Below, piece by piece: positions 40,837-52,695 of a DNA stretch of 64,000 bases. The stretch is from a virus. The DNA lies in the IMG/VR virus record IMGVR_UViG_3300015360_003300, positions 7,550 to 71,549 of that record. One strand, given 5' to 3'. The notes below the pieces were generated by a model. It saw only the letters and a program-made list of their open reading frames with translations. It was not told the DNA's origin and ran no database searches. The position numbers and the translations under genes are program-made. Position 1 is the first letter of the stretch. Every line of letters begins with the position of its first letter.

Positions 40837-43800
40837 ATGATTGTATATAGACCATCCCGTGGCAATGATTCAGTAACGCTTACGTACACAGGTGATTGGA
40901 CTGGTCAGTCATTAGGTAGAGAAGTTATAATAAAAGATAAATTTGGTCCCGCTGATTATTTCTTATGGTATCCAAGTGACCTTTCAACAGATTCTACTTG
41001 GTTTTTTAAACCAGTAACTAATATTGACTTTAGTACTGGATTAACATATTATCGTACATTATATATTGGGCCAAATGAGCGTGAGAATCTCCAAGAGTAT
41101 CTTGGAACAATTTCGTCATCCGTATCTACTTGTACCAATAGTCCAACTACTGAAGTTCAAGTATCTTTATGGTCTGAAGGAATTATTAGAGATCGTGATT
41201 CTAAAAACAGCATACTTTTAGACGACGAATCTGATAGTACGGGCAAATTACTTATTGCTGGTGCTATTTTTACACCATCAATTGTCATTAACCAATCTCT
41301 TTCTGTAAGTCAATGGTTAAAAGTGTGGATAAAAGTTCAAGTTCCTGTAAATGTGCCTCTCATAAATGCTGATCTTTGCTACATTGTTACAATAGGTTCT
41401 TTGTCTATAAGAATAAACAAAGATATTTCGAGGCTGTCGCTTTCTAGAGTATTTCATGGATCTTTAACATCTGGTGATATCGTAATAAAAGAACTCATTC
41501 CGACGATTAATGAAATTGGAAAGATTCATAAAGTTATCAATATTGATCCCAACCAGACACATATTTTTTATAGTAACATAGATAATCAATTTCATGACCT
41601 TATTGTTGAAAGACATAATAATGCATATGATAATAAATTCATTGATGTTGATGCGTCTCATATAACTGGTCCCATTACTGGATTTGATATTACATCACAA
41701 TCATCGTTGAGAGCAGTTCAAGATGTGTTTAGTTGTATGATATCTGGAGAAATAAATAAAAAGTATATAGTTGATATATTTGCATCACATTTACCAGAAC
41801 GTAGTTACTTTTATGTATTTTATAATCAGATAAGTAAATTTGATGATGGTCAAACTCTTTCTACATCTGCCGATACCTTTTCAAAATATAAAGCTAATTA
41901 CGGGCACGAAAAATATCAATGGTCATGTGGAGTCATATCATTAGATTTAAATATGTTCCGTAATGAAACATTTGATGAAACTTTACCTGGTTATAACAAT
42001 AAAGTTATATCAAATAACTGGACAGGACAAGATCATAAAATTCGCGATGATTTTTTTCTCACATCAATTTCAATGCAAGATGATTTGTTTACTACTATAG
42101 GATATAATACAGAGAACTCATATCAAACTGCACCAAGTGCATCTCCTGATTTTGTTCTATCGGGTAAGAATTATTTTACAGAATTAGCACTTATTTGGGA
42201 AAAAGATATACTTCTTAATAAAATATCACCACAAGTACTTAAAACGCCATCAATAGCCGCCATCAACACAATATCTGAACGTAGTTTAAATAAAGTACAA
42301 CTTGTCGTTGATAATTGGAACGGAATTGACAATTTTAATCTTTCACATACTAGAAATACATATAATCTTTATAATAATGTTTTTTCACCAATATCTTATT
42401 GTGACCTTGGCCCACCACAAGGTACTAAATTGAAGCATTATAATGATGCATCTATATGGTTTGATACTGAAGATAATCACGACGAATGGTCAGCGACATT
42501 TGCTTTTCGTTTAGCAACATCATCAATTACTATTTCATCTGGTACACTAGGACCATATAATGACAGTAATGCTACTCATCACCATATTATAAAAGAAAAT
42601 GATCACCAAAATATAATTAATGGTAGTACTATTACTAATCCTCTATTTACAATACCACCATCAATTTCTGGAAATATTAGCATATTTTCTATAAATGTTA
42701 AAAATAGTAACTATAAAACAATAGAAGTTATTTACAACACACAATCAAATATACTTAGTGTTTATACAATAAACACTACAGGAGGATTTGATATTGCTGT
42801 GGTTAGTCCAGTAATTTATCTTGGCCAAGAAAATGTAGTAACTGTTAATACGTGTAAATTACAAGTGGCTGATTTGATTAGTTGTGATAGTAAGGTTCTT
42901 GTAAATTATGAATTATATTTAAATGGTGAGCATATGGCACAAGGATCATCGTATGTATTCAATTCATTAGATCCACTTATCCTTAAATATAATCCAGAAA
43001 AGAAGTTTGGTGGTTCGTTATCGTATTTTGAAATAAAAGAATATCTTGATGATGCGGAAGAATACGCTAAAACGATGTTTAAAATTCATTCTAATATTGC
43101 TTGGGCACATCCTCTCTATGATACCCCAAATATATCAACTTCTGTTAAAGAACTTCAAATTTTCCAAAACAAAAGAATTATAAATTTTAATAATCTACCT
43201 ATTACAAAACAAGAATTAGTTGTTCCTATTATGTTACAAGGTTCTGGTTACTTATTAAGTAACGCAGAACAGTATAATAATGAAACACTTAGAGTAAGTG
43301 ACTCTCTTATTACAGCACCAATAACATTTGATTTTAAGAAAATAAATCTTAATAATATTGACATTGCATTCACTATGATAGGAGATACCAAGTTACTTGA
43401 ATGGAGTGCTGATGAATATGATGTTTCATCTGATAGTCTTGTACTTTGGGTAAGAATACCACGTTACTCTGGCCAGCAAGTTGTGATGTATTATAATGCT
43501 CAAAGAATATCGTCACTTGGTTCCAATGAGCGACCAAACGCATTTAGTAAATGTATTGGTGCTTGGACAATGAACAAATTTACAACAACATACGGATATC
43601 GTTTTGTAGATCAGAAAATTTATAATGCTGGAGAAAATATACTATTCCTTCAACATGATAATCAGAAATATCTTGTTCAGATTGATTATCAGTACATGTA
43701 TGGTTTTAAAAATGTTTATAAAAGCAATAAATTTGACGTAGCATTTGATGACCGTCAAATTGGTCAGACACAGATGCCTATATGGGAAAGTTTTATCAAT

Positions 43801-43902
43801 GAATATGTTGGACAATTTAAACCCGATTTTATGACAATAAATAAGATTAGAAGCAAGTTTGACTATCGCCTTGAAATAGATAACTATATACCAAAGGAAT
43901 AA
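40837..43902 (+). CDS. Virion structural protein with C-terminal DUF2341-like domain
   Basis: DIAFT...LLEW...LWVRIP...VMYY pattern; structural operon. Confidence 0.6.
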   Translation: MIVYRPSRGNDSVTLTYTGDWTGQSLGREVIIKDKFGPADYFLWYPSDLSTDSTWFFKPVTNIDFSTGLTYYRTLYIGPNERENLQEYLGTISSSVSTCTNSPTTEVQVSLWSEGIIRDRDSKNSILLDDESDSTGKLLIAGAIFTPSIVINQSLSVSQWLKVWIKVQVPVNVPLINADLCYIVTIGSLSIRINKDISRLSLSRVFHGSLTSGDIVIKELIPTINEIGKIHKVINIDPNQTHIFYSNIDNQFHDLIVERHNNAYDNKFIDVDASHITGPITGFDITSQSSLRAVQDVFSCMISGEINKKYIVDIFASHLPERSYFYVFYNQISKFDDGQTLSTSADTFSKYKANYGHEKYQWSCGVISLDLNMFRNETFDETLPGYNNKVISNNWTGQDHKIRDDFFLTSISMQDDLFTTIGYNTENSYQTAPSASPDFVLSGKNYFTELALIWEKDILLNKISPQVLKTPSIAAINTISERSLNKVQLVVDNWNGIDNFNLSHTRNTYNLYNNVFSPISYCDLGPPQGTKLKHYNDASIWFDTEDNHDEWSATFAFRLATSSITISSGTLGPYNDSNATHHHIIKENDHQNIINGSTITNPLFTIPPSISGNISIFSINVKNSNYKTIEVIYNTQSNILSVYTINTTGGFDIAVVSPVIYLGQENVVTVNTCKLQVADLISCDSKVLVNYELYLNGEHMAQGSSYVFNSLDPLILKYNPEKKFGGSLSYFEIKEYLDDAEEYAKTMFKIHSNIAWAHPLYDTPNISTSVKELQIFQNKRIINFNNLPITKQELVVPIMLQGSGYLLSNAEQYNNETLRVSDSLITAPITFDFKKINLNNIDIAFTMIGDTKLLEWSADEYDVSSDSLVLWVRIPRYSGQQVVMYYNAQRISSLGSNERPNAFSKCIGAWTMNKFTTTYGYRFVDQKIYNAGENILFLQHDNQKYLVQIDYQYMYGFKNVYKSNKFDVAFDDRQIGQTQMPIWESFINEYVGQFKPDFMTINKIRSKFDYRLEIDNYIPKE

Positions 43903-43903
43903 A

Positions 43904-44743
43904 ATGAGTGTTCTCGTTAATCAGAATAAAGTAAGTGGTGGTGTAGTAGCTTCCCCTGGTCGTAATGTAGCGGTGTGGTATACTCGCCAACCCACCGATA
44001 AGTTTAATATTAATGGTTCATTTAATGGTCTTGAAACACCATATGATTGGGTATTAGTTAAAGATACAGATTCAAAGTGGATAAAATCTGGAGTTATCTC
44101 TTTTAATTCTGAAAGAAAATCAACTATTATAAAATTTTCGTCACCGTTTGTTAATGATGATTACTATATATTTTTCCTTTCAAATAATAATACAAGCCTC
44201 TATTGGAGCGATAAAAAAGTTAATCAAGTAGTTATTCATGGTGGATTTTCTCTTGGATCTGAAGTATCTTGGCTTGCTATCCATAAGAAGATTGGTCAAC
44301 AAACAGGTATTAGAACGCCAAAATCAATATATGTTGGTCAGCGCACACTAATCAATGATTATGTAAAATGGGACGGGACAAATTTTATTGCAGGAGACGA
44401 GCCTACTAACCCATCATTACTTCCATTACCAGCCGATTCAATCGGTCCAGCTATTGTACCCCCACCAGGAACTTATGATTCTGCATGTAATTTAAATGGA
44501 TGGTATAAAAATGAACTTATTATTCGTCCAAATGCGCTAGTAGATGGGATATCAACTGTTAATCTTATGAATTTTAAAACATCATCTGACTATTCTGTTG
44601 TGATTTCTACTAACACTAATATAAATACCTATTGGTCTGATAAACGTACTGATCGTGTAAAAATTCGTACAAGTTATCCGATTAAGTGTATAATTAATTA
44701 TCTGTTTATAAAAACAGGTCTTAACTGGTGGAACGAAATTTAA
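43904..44743 (+). CDS. Structural protein made of 2-3 copies of the repeated tail beta-domain
   Basis: IKFSSPF..DDY....N.N..YW.DK pattern shared with gp6 inserts. Confidence 0.65.
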   Translation: MSVLVNQNKVSGGVVASPGRNVAVWYTRQPTDKFNINGSFNGLETPYDWVLVKDTDSKWIKSGVISFNSERKSTIIKFSSPFVNDDYYIFFLSNNNTSLYWSDKKVNQVVIHGGFSLGSEVSWLAIHKKIGQQTGIRTPKSIYVGQRTLINDYVKWDGTNFIAGDEPTNPSLLPLPADSIGPAIVPPPGTYDSACNLNGWYKNELIIRPNALVDGISTVNLMNFKTSSDYSVVISTNTNINTYWSDKRTDRVKIRTSYPIKCIINYLFIKTGLNWWNEI

Positions 44744-44755
44744 GAGGAATCATCA

Positions 44756-46102
44756 ATGTATAACGAAACCCTATCATTACTGAATCCCACGTTAAGTGTT
44801 AACGACCACAATGTTAATCGTCCATTGGCAGAATTAAAAGAAAATACAGACTATTTATTATCATTCAATAATGGTAATAGACATCTTCTCCCTCTTATTT
44901 TTGGTAATATATGGGACTATAAAAAAGATGGTAAGCGGTTTCTTTCAAATGGTGGAAAATTTGACACATATAAAAAATGTCAAGTATGGGCAGCTCTTAA
45001 TCAATTTAGAGTAGTAAATGATTCACGTATTATATTTGATTCGGTAGGAGAACGTCTAGTATACATTGAAACAGATGGTGTGGATACTAACACCAATCCA
45101 GCATGGCTTGAGCGCGAAATATACATTCCAGAGTCGCTTCGTGGTCAGCAACTAATATTTTCTTTAAAAGCATCTGGATCAACTTCTTTATCATCATGGA
45201 CTAAAAACAATGCTCTTACTGAGAAAATTGGTGTTGAAATTATAGGAACTACGGAAATAATTCAGAAGTTCTTTAATGTCGGCGCAGTGTCTAATTTTTA
45301 TTATTATAACGGGTCTAGAAATGCTCCAGAAATGACTTCTATTTATATACCATTTAATACCACATTAAATACTACAACAGTAAAGGTTAAAATTTATAGA
45401 ACATCCAATGTTGGATTTCTTCATATTGATAAAGTTTTTGTAGGTGGTCTTACTCTTCCTTATGATTCTTATAAAATTCAAGATATTGATATTAATGAAT
45501 TTTATGATTTTGATAAAAGTGAATCAAAGATTAATGCAACTACTATTCTCGGTCATTCAATAAGCGAACTTCCAACTATTTATGGTGGAACATTTACTAT
45601 TTCTGGTACTAATAAATCAGACATTGTTACATATGAGGGTCTTGTACATTTCATTCGTGAAGTTCTTGATATGAACTCTGTTATCAATGTTCCGGTTGCT
45701 TCAATAACTGCAACAAACAACTTCAATTATCTTAATTTATCACAAGGTTATGAATCTCTTGTTCCTGGTCAGAAAATTTATCAGATTAATCACGGAACTA
45801 TGCGAACGGGTGCGATTTCAAAGCCGATGGCTAATATTGTTGCTTCAAATATTCCAGTTGGTGACATAACAGGATCAAGTAATGTATTCTTTGTACACTC
45901 AATTTTTGATATTCAACAAAGTTCGTTTAAAGTTATACTTTCCGATTCCCCAACGATTACTGGATATAAGTTAAGTTGGTCTATTGGTAATACATTCTCA
46001 CCACTTGACGCTGTTGGATATATACCAGTAACTAATACGGTAAACACCGAAACATCTGGATATAATGTTGTATTCGCATATGAGCAACTTTACGGGGGTT
46101 AA
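44756..46102 (+). CDS. Tail/baseplate structural protein
   Basis: NVNRPLAELKENTDYL (fibre-type N-terminal motif); beta-rich. Confidence 0.6.
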   Translation: MYNETLSLLNPTLSVNDHNVNRPLAELKENTDYLLSFNNGNRHLLPLIFGNIWDYKKDGKRFLSNGGKFDTYKKCQVWAALNQFRVVNDSRIIFDSVGERLVYIETDGVDTNTNPAWLEREIYIPESLRGQQLIFSLKASGSTSLSSWTKNNALTEKIGVEIIGTTEIIQKFFNVGAVSNFYYYNGSRNAPEMTSIYIPFNTTLNTTTVKVKIYRTSNVGFLHIDKVFVGGLTLPYDSYKIQDIDINEFYDFDKSESKINATTILGHSISELPTIYGGTFTISGTNKSDIVTYEGLVHFIREVLDMNSVINVPVASITATNNFNYLNLSQGYESLVPGQKIYQINHGTMRTGAISKPMANIVASNIPVGDITGSSNVFFVHSIFDIQQSSFKVILSDSPTITGYKLSWSIGNTFSPLDAVGYIPVTNTVNTETSGYNVVFAYEQLYGG

Positions 46103-46105
46103 TGA

Positions 46106-49100
46106 ATGAGTAATGCTAAAGAATTCATCGCAACGAATTCTATTCAGTTCGTAAACGACGCAAATAAAAACCTTATAGGCACTACTTCTATTGATGCTAG
46201 TGGTCAACTTGTTTTTACAGATGAATTTACAACAAATACTTATAAATTTGATCAGCCAGATTCAAAAATAAAAAACCTTACTCTAAAAGAGTTAGCAGAT
46301 TTTCCACAAGGAATTACAGTTGATGATCTTGGACAGATTTCATTTACAGACACAAAAACAGCTGCATATCTTAATAACATAGTAACTGATATTGACGTTG
46401 TTCAACTACTTGATAAGTTGAATACTATTGGATCTATATATGATTTCCGTATAAAACAAATGACATTTGGTGATTACAAATATGCCAATGTAAAATTTTG
46501 TACAGATATAGCCAACACTTTTGGATACTTCTCAATAGATAAATTACTAAACGACGAACGTTCCCGTCAAATATTTCAAAATGATCAAGCCGCTATCTAT
46601 AAAGGAACTGCACAAGAAGCTTTATTTCCACCATATGCTGGCATGCTCGCAGATCAGAATTATCAAGTTAATGGTTGGGTTAATATAGATTATTTAGTTC
46701 ACTTAGCACTAGCGAATGACTTTGGATATGACGATGCTGCTTCTTTTTCTGTTAGAACCAAACCATTTCAAGATTCAAAACGTGTTATTATCATGATGGT
46801 TCTTAACTATGTTAATGATATGTTCTCACTTGGATCGTTTAATAAACTTTCCGACTTTGGTGTTCGTATTGTTGATCGCAACACTGATCAAGAAATAGAT
46901 TTGTCCTATGTGCAGACAAATATTATTGGACAAGTAGGAACAAATATTCTATCAACATATGTTGGTCCACTTAAGTATGATTTGACACGAATATATGATG
47001 TAAATGTTCCTCATGAAAAAGCACTCGATGTTAATAAATGTGATAAAAAATATATAAACAAATGTGATGGTGTTATCTTTACACTTAAAAATGAACCAGA
47101 GAAAGAAGATGCCGGATGTCCAGAGTGTTATCGGCATGAAATTGCGGTAGAAGTTCGTATAAATCCACATGCAGACCTTCGTATTAATAAACTTGATATT
47201 CAAAATACTATAGATCCTATTCATTGGACAACTGGACTTGTTACCGAAACGTGTTATACATCTGGTGAGCGTACATCGCATTATAAAAGTACAAACTATG
47301 ATACTTTTAAAAATTTAGTTGATGAGTTTGGTGAAAAATCATATACTGTTGGTAGACTAAATGAAAGCAGGGCTTTTGCTGCCGGAGCGGGTGATATATT
47401 ATATGGTTTGATTGCTGGTGGATTTTCTCATGAAGAAAATCAAGCAACTCGTCAAGTTTCATCAACTGAAGGCTGGAATGGAACTTCGTGGTGTACGATT
47501 CAGAACGCAGAAATGCCCCAAGGAAGGTCGCTTGGTTTAATGGGTGGAAGCTACAAACAAGCAGTTTATGCGTTTGGTACTTCAAATCTCCCACCCAGCA
47601 CTTCATTACATAACGAAACATCAACAATCATATGGAATGGTTCGTCTTGGTTTACAGCATCTCCTTATACAATAACACAACCAAACATACCACGCCATAG
47701 TGCTGGTGGAAAATTGGACGTACAAATAATTATAACGGATGAAAATAAATCACCTATAAAGAGCAAAGAAGAATTTATGCCTCATACGTTGTTTAACGAC
47801 AACTTCTTGATGCGTGATACTGATTTTTATAAATTAGTTGCTGTACAGAATCCTAATCAAGATACGAATTGGTACGCTCTAACACGTTTTGATGGGTTTG
47901 TATTTGGTGGCCGAACTGACACATCTGTTGATTTATTCAATGCAACAAACTCAACGGTAACTGATATTTTTGAATTCGTATCGTGGGGTGGTTTGACAAG
48001 ATATACATATAATATTTCCGGATCTTCAACTGCATCAGATCAAGCTGGAACGTGGATGGTTGATAGTACACGTAACTATCCAGTAAAAGCATATGGTGTA
48101 TGTTATGTAGGAAATACAGTAAAAGGGTTGGCTACTGGTGGTAAAACTGGTAAGAGTCCAAGCGAATTATTAAATGCATACATATATCCAGTTACATATG
48201 AAGAATTTGAATCTCCTATTCTTAATTTATCATATGAATACAATGGCATAACATGGATCAGACGTGACAATCTTCCTGAAGCTGTATATTATCATGCTGG
48301 TGTAGGTGATATTAATAATTCAATATATTGGGGTGGTATCCACGGATCAACTGAGCAACCACATATTTATGATTCACTAGAAACTTTTGAAGATTGGGAA
48401 GTAATAGTCAGTCGTTTTGGTGGATCAAATCATCGCAGTGGAACGTTTGGTCTTGATGGATCATTGCGTTATTCTTTGTTTCCTACCCGTCTATCAGATG
48501 GAAAAAATGAATGGTTTCAGCTTGGTGATCCACGGGACTATACATCTGTTAATAAACCACTTCTTTGCACAACAGATATTAGTGCCACATACGCATCATT
48601 TAATCCAGCACTTGTAAATACCATTATTGGAAATGATCACACCATCAAGATTTCTAAATTAATTGATTCTGCAACTATTCAATCAACTACATATTTTGAC
48701 GGAGAAGCGTGGAAATCAAAAGTAATTTATGCTGGTAATGAGAAACTAAAGGCATATGGGGAAAGTAACGATTATGTTGGTAAATTTGATTATATAAATG
48801 AGCACGATACAACAGAAACTTATCGTGGTAACTATATTAAAAAGCCAGATGGAACTATATCTGACGCATTTGTTCCGACTAGTGTTTTTGCTGAACGATA
48901 TAATATTACTAACAGTTTAAACTCAGACTATGCGGGTCATACAGTTAAGGGTGGAATGTGGTTATGGTCACGTCCTACCGTTGGTGAAAATTTGTTTCAT
49001 CCAGACAACTTATTAAAACCTACGGGCACAGATGTTACATCACATGATGTTGTTTATGACTATATATCACATTCTTTTAACCCAACAGTATTTGGTGAAG

Positions 49101-52100
49101 TTTCTGGTAACACACTTCATAGTTTCTTTGTAGATTATGATCTAGACCACGTAATTGGTCTTGATCAAATGGTCTGGGAAAAGAAAATTTTAGTTAACGA
49201 ATTAACGTTTATTGAAAAGTGGTCAATGCCTAATAAGTTTGAACAATTTTTTACTACTGGATCATCTATATCTGGATTAAATTTACTTATCAATGGAAGT
49301 ATCGTTCCTGCTACAAGTTTTCCATATCGTAAATCAACAAGTTATAATCGGTTTATAACACCACTTAATGATATGGTTGCTGTTAATTCAGTAACTAATG
49401 TATCAGAATTACATAAATTTATTGATGTGCAGTTTCGCACACTAGAAACTGATCCAACTGAGAATACATTTGTATACAACCTACAACCATTCATTACATG
49501 GACAAATAATCCTAGTGGAAAGAATTTTCATCCCGTATCATATGATGGATTTAAACAATTTTTTACAGAAAATGATGGAGAAAAAATTACCGTTAGTAAT
49601 GCTATAAGAAGTAGTTCTGTGCGCGATAAAGCAACTCTCTTTCCGTGGGCTGATCTGTTAGGTGGTGATGCTACTGGTCGTGCCAAAAAAGGATCTGTTA
49701 CGTGGAATTGGATTCGGGAACTTGTATCAGAAAGCGGGCTTGCCAAATATGCAACAATGTTTATAGTAGCAGAAACTATATTTGCTGGATTAATATATCC
49801 TGGTAGATATATAAAACCCGATGGAACACATGCTCAGTCAACATCAACGTTTTGGAGAGAAATATTTAAGATTTCTAAATTTGATAAGAATGGTACTGAA
49901 ATATGGTCATATGAAATAACATATGATGAGAGTGATTCTATGCCAGAAATTAATGAGCAACCATATTGGATAAACTCAACGTTACCAATCATTGGTACCT
50001 TATTTGGAACAAGTATTAATAACCGCGATCTTAATGATGGTCTTTCTACTAACGAAACATACGATTCTGATGGTAATAAAATATTAAGAACTGTGAGTTT
50101 GTGGAATTCAAAAACTATTAATGTAGTGAATTCTCCTATTGATATTGTAGCCAATGAACAATACGATATGACATATATTGACTGGAAAAAAACTGTAGAT
50201 AATACCATACCGTTAAATATGTACGGTTATAAGCGTAGTGATTTGATATCTATGATGAATGATGAATATAATATGCCGACAACCGCTGTATCTATTGCAG
50301 CACCATCAGGTACACTTTCTAATTGGTTCTTATGTTTACCAGGCCAAACATTTGAAGGTATGTTAATTGCTGATTCAAATTTAGCATTTAATCCATCTAC
50401 TAGAAGAGAATACAATTTAGATGGTTCATATATTGTTTATAATGACGTATCCGTGCCTGTAACTGGTGCATCTGTTGGTCTTGTTAAAGAATTTATATCA
50501 TCATATTCTTATAATGTTTCTGGTACATGGAAAATAACTAAAGCATTCATTGCATCACCAAGTTCACATGGTTATATTTCTAAAGATTATGGTAAATCAA
50601 CATATACACTGCCACCAGTGACAAATGCTCCTATAGATTCTGGTATTAATCCAGATATAGTCAAGAATCAAATTAATAACGTATTTCCATGGAATTACCT
50701 AAGCATAGATCCAGCAATGTTTGTTGAAATGATTGATAGTACTGGTTATTGGTTTGCATATGGTGATAACACAAATAAACTTATTACTAGTCCATCAGAT
50801 ACACATACTAATATATTTCATATAGGCCACGTTCCTGTTGCTAATTACCCAGCACTTAAAAAACTTCCGTTAGGGAATAACATTCATTCCAATATTGCTA
50901 ATATAATTGCTAATGGTAGTTCAAGTACATATCGTCACAAGGAAGCTCTACTTGAATTAGTTAATACCCAACATGGTGAGTTATTATTTGATATATTTGT
51001 TACTATGACCGAAGGTAATGAGAATAAACCATATGGTAATAGTGTAAAATACTATCCACCACCAACAATAGTAACAGTTGTCGTCCCTTCTAGTGGTTCA
51101 TCAATAGCATCAATAGCATCATTTCCTTTTTCTTCATCTTCTTCATCTTCTTCGTCCGCCCAACCAATCCCAGAAACATTCTGTTGCACCATACCACCGC
51201 CTGATGGTGGATGTGTAGTTGAATGTAATGGTTCCGGTACTCCGTGTGTAATATCTCTTCTAACCGGTGCAAGCATAGAAGAGTTAGATTCTAGTAGTTT
51301 ATTATGTTATACGAATGGTATTACTGCTAATGGAATGCCTTTATGGGAATTACATAACCATGAAGAATGGTCAATTCCATTTATAGAATCTCCATTCTCT
51401 GGTCCGTTTGGAAATTCGGATTTTAATGTGTGGGTATCATCAGGAAAATCGGATACAACCAGGTGGGGAAATCTAATATTCAATCAAGTTCCACAAGACG
51501 GGGATCTAATTGCTAATTTTAAGGCACATCGTATAGGCACAGATACTGAAAATAATAAAGTATATCTTTCTGTTTTGACAGCTTCTATCAATACAGACGA
51601 ATTTAATAAAGTTGCTGACGATGATATTAATATTCCTTGCCGTGTAGTATATGATGAATATATATTTCCAACACAGTTTGCAACTGATACAATATCTGCG
51701 TCTGGTTATGCAACTTTACCATTTATTAATGACATAATTCGTAAAAAAATATCATTTAAAAAAGATCCAGCAATATTCAGTACAGAACCATTGATGGTTT
51801 ATATTCCTGAAAAGAAAGGCTGTGGAGTTACTGAACAGAATTACTATACTGAATGGGGAACAAATTTTATCCAAGAATTTAAAGATAAAACTACTGCACC
51901 AACTGATCCAGTAGCTCATAAGTATTTCTTTAAACACGATAATGGGTTTACGGGATCATCAACACATAAAATACTTCCAGACCCAAACAGTTACAAAATT
52001 ATTGAAACAGATTGGAGAAGATATCAAGACGGTGTTGGACTTGGTGGTGATATACCTAATATTGATGCTACAAACTGTTTACCACTTAAGCAATGGTTTA

Positions 52101-52687
52101 TTGGTCAAACTGCTATAGGAAACGTGAATAAAGCTATCATTGTTGGTGGATATATCATAAATAGTGGAGAAAGTACTCTTGCACCCGATGATTCGTCTTC
52201 ATGGTGGAATCTGTTTACTACAAATAAAACATTTAAATGGGATAAGGGAATTATTAATCCAGAAGATATGTATAATAAAAATTATACAAAGCGTAATTTT
52301 AGCCCATTCTTTAGTAATGGGGAAAACTCCTTTTCAAATTCGTCATTAAGTTATGTAATGTTTGATCTCGGTAAGAATGTTAATACTGAGAGACGAGGAA
52401 CTGTAGAATTTTTCGGAGATACTAATATAGTATCTGTAATTTTTGATGAACCTATATCAGAAATATTCACTAATCGTAACATGTATAGTATCAGTATGAC
52501 ACCTAACAATAATGTTAAAGTATGGTGGGATAATAAAACAGAAAAAGGATTTGATATATATTGTGAGATAAAAAATTGGACAGGAAAAGTTGACTGGAGT
52601 ATATTTTACACAGAGAATCTTTCAAAGGATGCCGTAGAAACGTCACTTAATGAGCAAGATACATACGATCAATTTAGGAATCTATAA
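46106..52687 (+). CDS. Giant tail/receptor-binding-type protein with kelch-like beta-propeller repeats
   Basis: Repeats of type R..A.G....GLIAGG...E.WNG.SW at 47351-48340 and one at about 52106; C-terminal repeat domain. Confidence 0.7.
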   Translation: MSNAKEFIATNSIQFVNDANKNLIGTTSIDASGQLVFTDEFTTNTYKFDQPDSKIKNLTLKELADFPQGITVDDLGQISFTDTKTAAYLNNIVTDIDVVQLLDKLNTIGSIYDFRIKQMTFGDYKYANVKFCTDIANTFGYFSIDKLLNDERSRQIFQNDQAAIYKGTAQEALFPPYAGMLADQNYQVNGWVNIDYLVHLALANDFGYDDAASFSVRTKPFQDSKRVIIMMVLNYVNDMFSLGSFNKLSDFGVRIVDRNTDQEIDLSYVQTNIIGQVGTNILSTYVGPLKYDLTRIYDVNVPHEKALDVNKCDKKYINKCDGVIFTLKNEPEKEDAGCPECYRHEIAVEVRINPHADLRINKLDIQNTIDPIHWTTGLVTETCYTSGERTSHYKSTNYDTFKNLVDEFGEKSYTVGRLNESRAFAAGAGDILYGLIAGGFSHEENQATRQVSSTEGWNGTSWCTIQNAEMPQGRSLGLMGGSYKQAVYAFGTSNLPPSTSLHNETSTIIWNGSSWFTASPYTITQPNIPRHSAGGKLDVQIIITDENKSPIKSKEEFMPHTLFNDNFLMRDTDFYKLVAVQNPNQDTNWYALTRFDGFVFGGRTDTSVDLFNATNSTVTDIFEFVSWGGLTRYTYNISGSSTASDQAGTWMVDSTRNYPVKAYGVCYVGNTVKGLATGGKTGKSPSELLNAYIYPVTYEEFESPILNLSYEYNGITWIRRDNLPEAVYYHAGVGDINNSIYWGGIHGSTEQPHIYDSLETFEDWEVIVSRFGGSNHRSGTFGLDGSLRYSLFPTRLSDGKNEWFQLGDPRDYTSVNKPLLCTTDISATYASFNPALVNTIIGNDHTIKISKLIDSATIQSTTYFDGEAWKSKVIYAGNEKLKAYGESNDYVGKFDYINEHDTTETYRGNYIKKPDGTISDAFVPTSVFAERYNITNSLNSDYAGHTVKGGMWLWSRPTVGENLFHPDNLLKPTGTDVTSHDVVYDYISHSFNPTVFGEVSGNTLHSFFVDYDLDHVIGLDQMVWEKKILVNELTFIEKWSMPNKFEQFFTTGSSISGLNLLINGSIVPATSFPYRKSTSYNRFITPLNDMVAVNSVTNVSELHKFIDVQFRTLETDPTENTFVYNLQPFITWTNNPSGKNFHPVSYDGFKQFFTENDGEKITVSNAIRSSSVRDKATLFPWADLLGGDATGRAKKGSVTWNWIRELVSESGLAKYATMFIVAETIFAGLIYPGRYIKPDGTHAQSTSTFWREIFKISKFDKNGTEIWSYEITYDESDSMPEINEQPYWINSTLPIIGTLFGTSINNRDLNDGLSTNETYDSDGNKILRTVSLWNSKTINVVNSPIDIVANEQYDMTYIDWKKTVDNTIPLNMYGYKRSDLISMMNDEYNMPTTAVSIAAPSGTLSNWFLCLPGQTFEGMLIADSNLAFNPSTRREYNLDGSYIVYNDVSVPVTGASVGLVKEFISSYSYNVSGTWKITKAFIASPSSHGYISKDYGKSTYTLPPVTNAPIDSGINPDIVKNQINNVFPWNYLSIDPAMFVEMIDSTGYWFAYGDNTNKLITSPSDTHTNIFHIGHVPVANYPALKKLPLGNNIHSNIANIIANGSSSTYRHKEALLELVNTQHGELLFDIFVTMTEGNENKPYGNSVKYYPPPTIVTVVVPSSGSSIASIASFPFSSSSSSSSSAQPIPETFCCTIPPPDGGCVVECNGSGTPCVISLLTGASIEELDSSSLLCYTNGITANGMPLWELHNHEEWSIPFIESPFSGPFGNSDFNVWVSSGKSDTTRWGNLIFNQVPQDGDLIANFKAHRIGTDTENNKVYLSVLTASINTDEFNKVADDDINIPCRVVYDEYIFPTQFATDTISASGYATLPFINDIIRKKISFKKDPAIFSTEPLMVYIPEKKGCGVTEQNYYTEWGTNFIQEFKDKTTAPTDPVAHKYFFKHDNGFTGSSTHKILPDPNSYKIIETDWRRYQDGVGLGGDIPNIDATNCLPLKQWFIGQTAIGNVNKAIIVGGYIINSGESTLAPDDSSSWWNLFTTNKTFKWDKGIINPEDMYNKNYTKRNFSPFFSNGENSFSNSSLSYVMFDLGKNVNTERRGTVEFFGDTNIVSVIFDEPISEIFTNRNMYSISMTPNNNVKVWWDNKTEKGFDIYCEIKNWTGKVDWSIFYTENLSKDAVETSLNEQDTYDQFRNL

Positions 52688-52695
52688 GGAAACAT

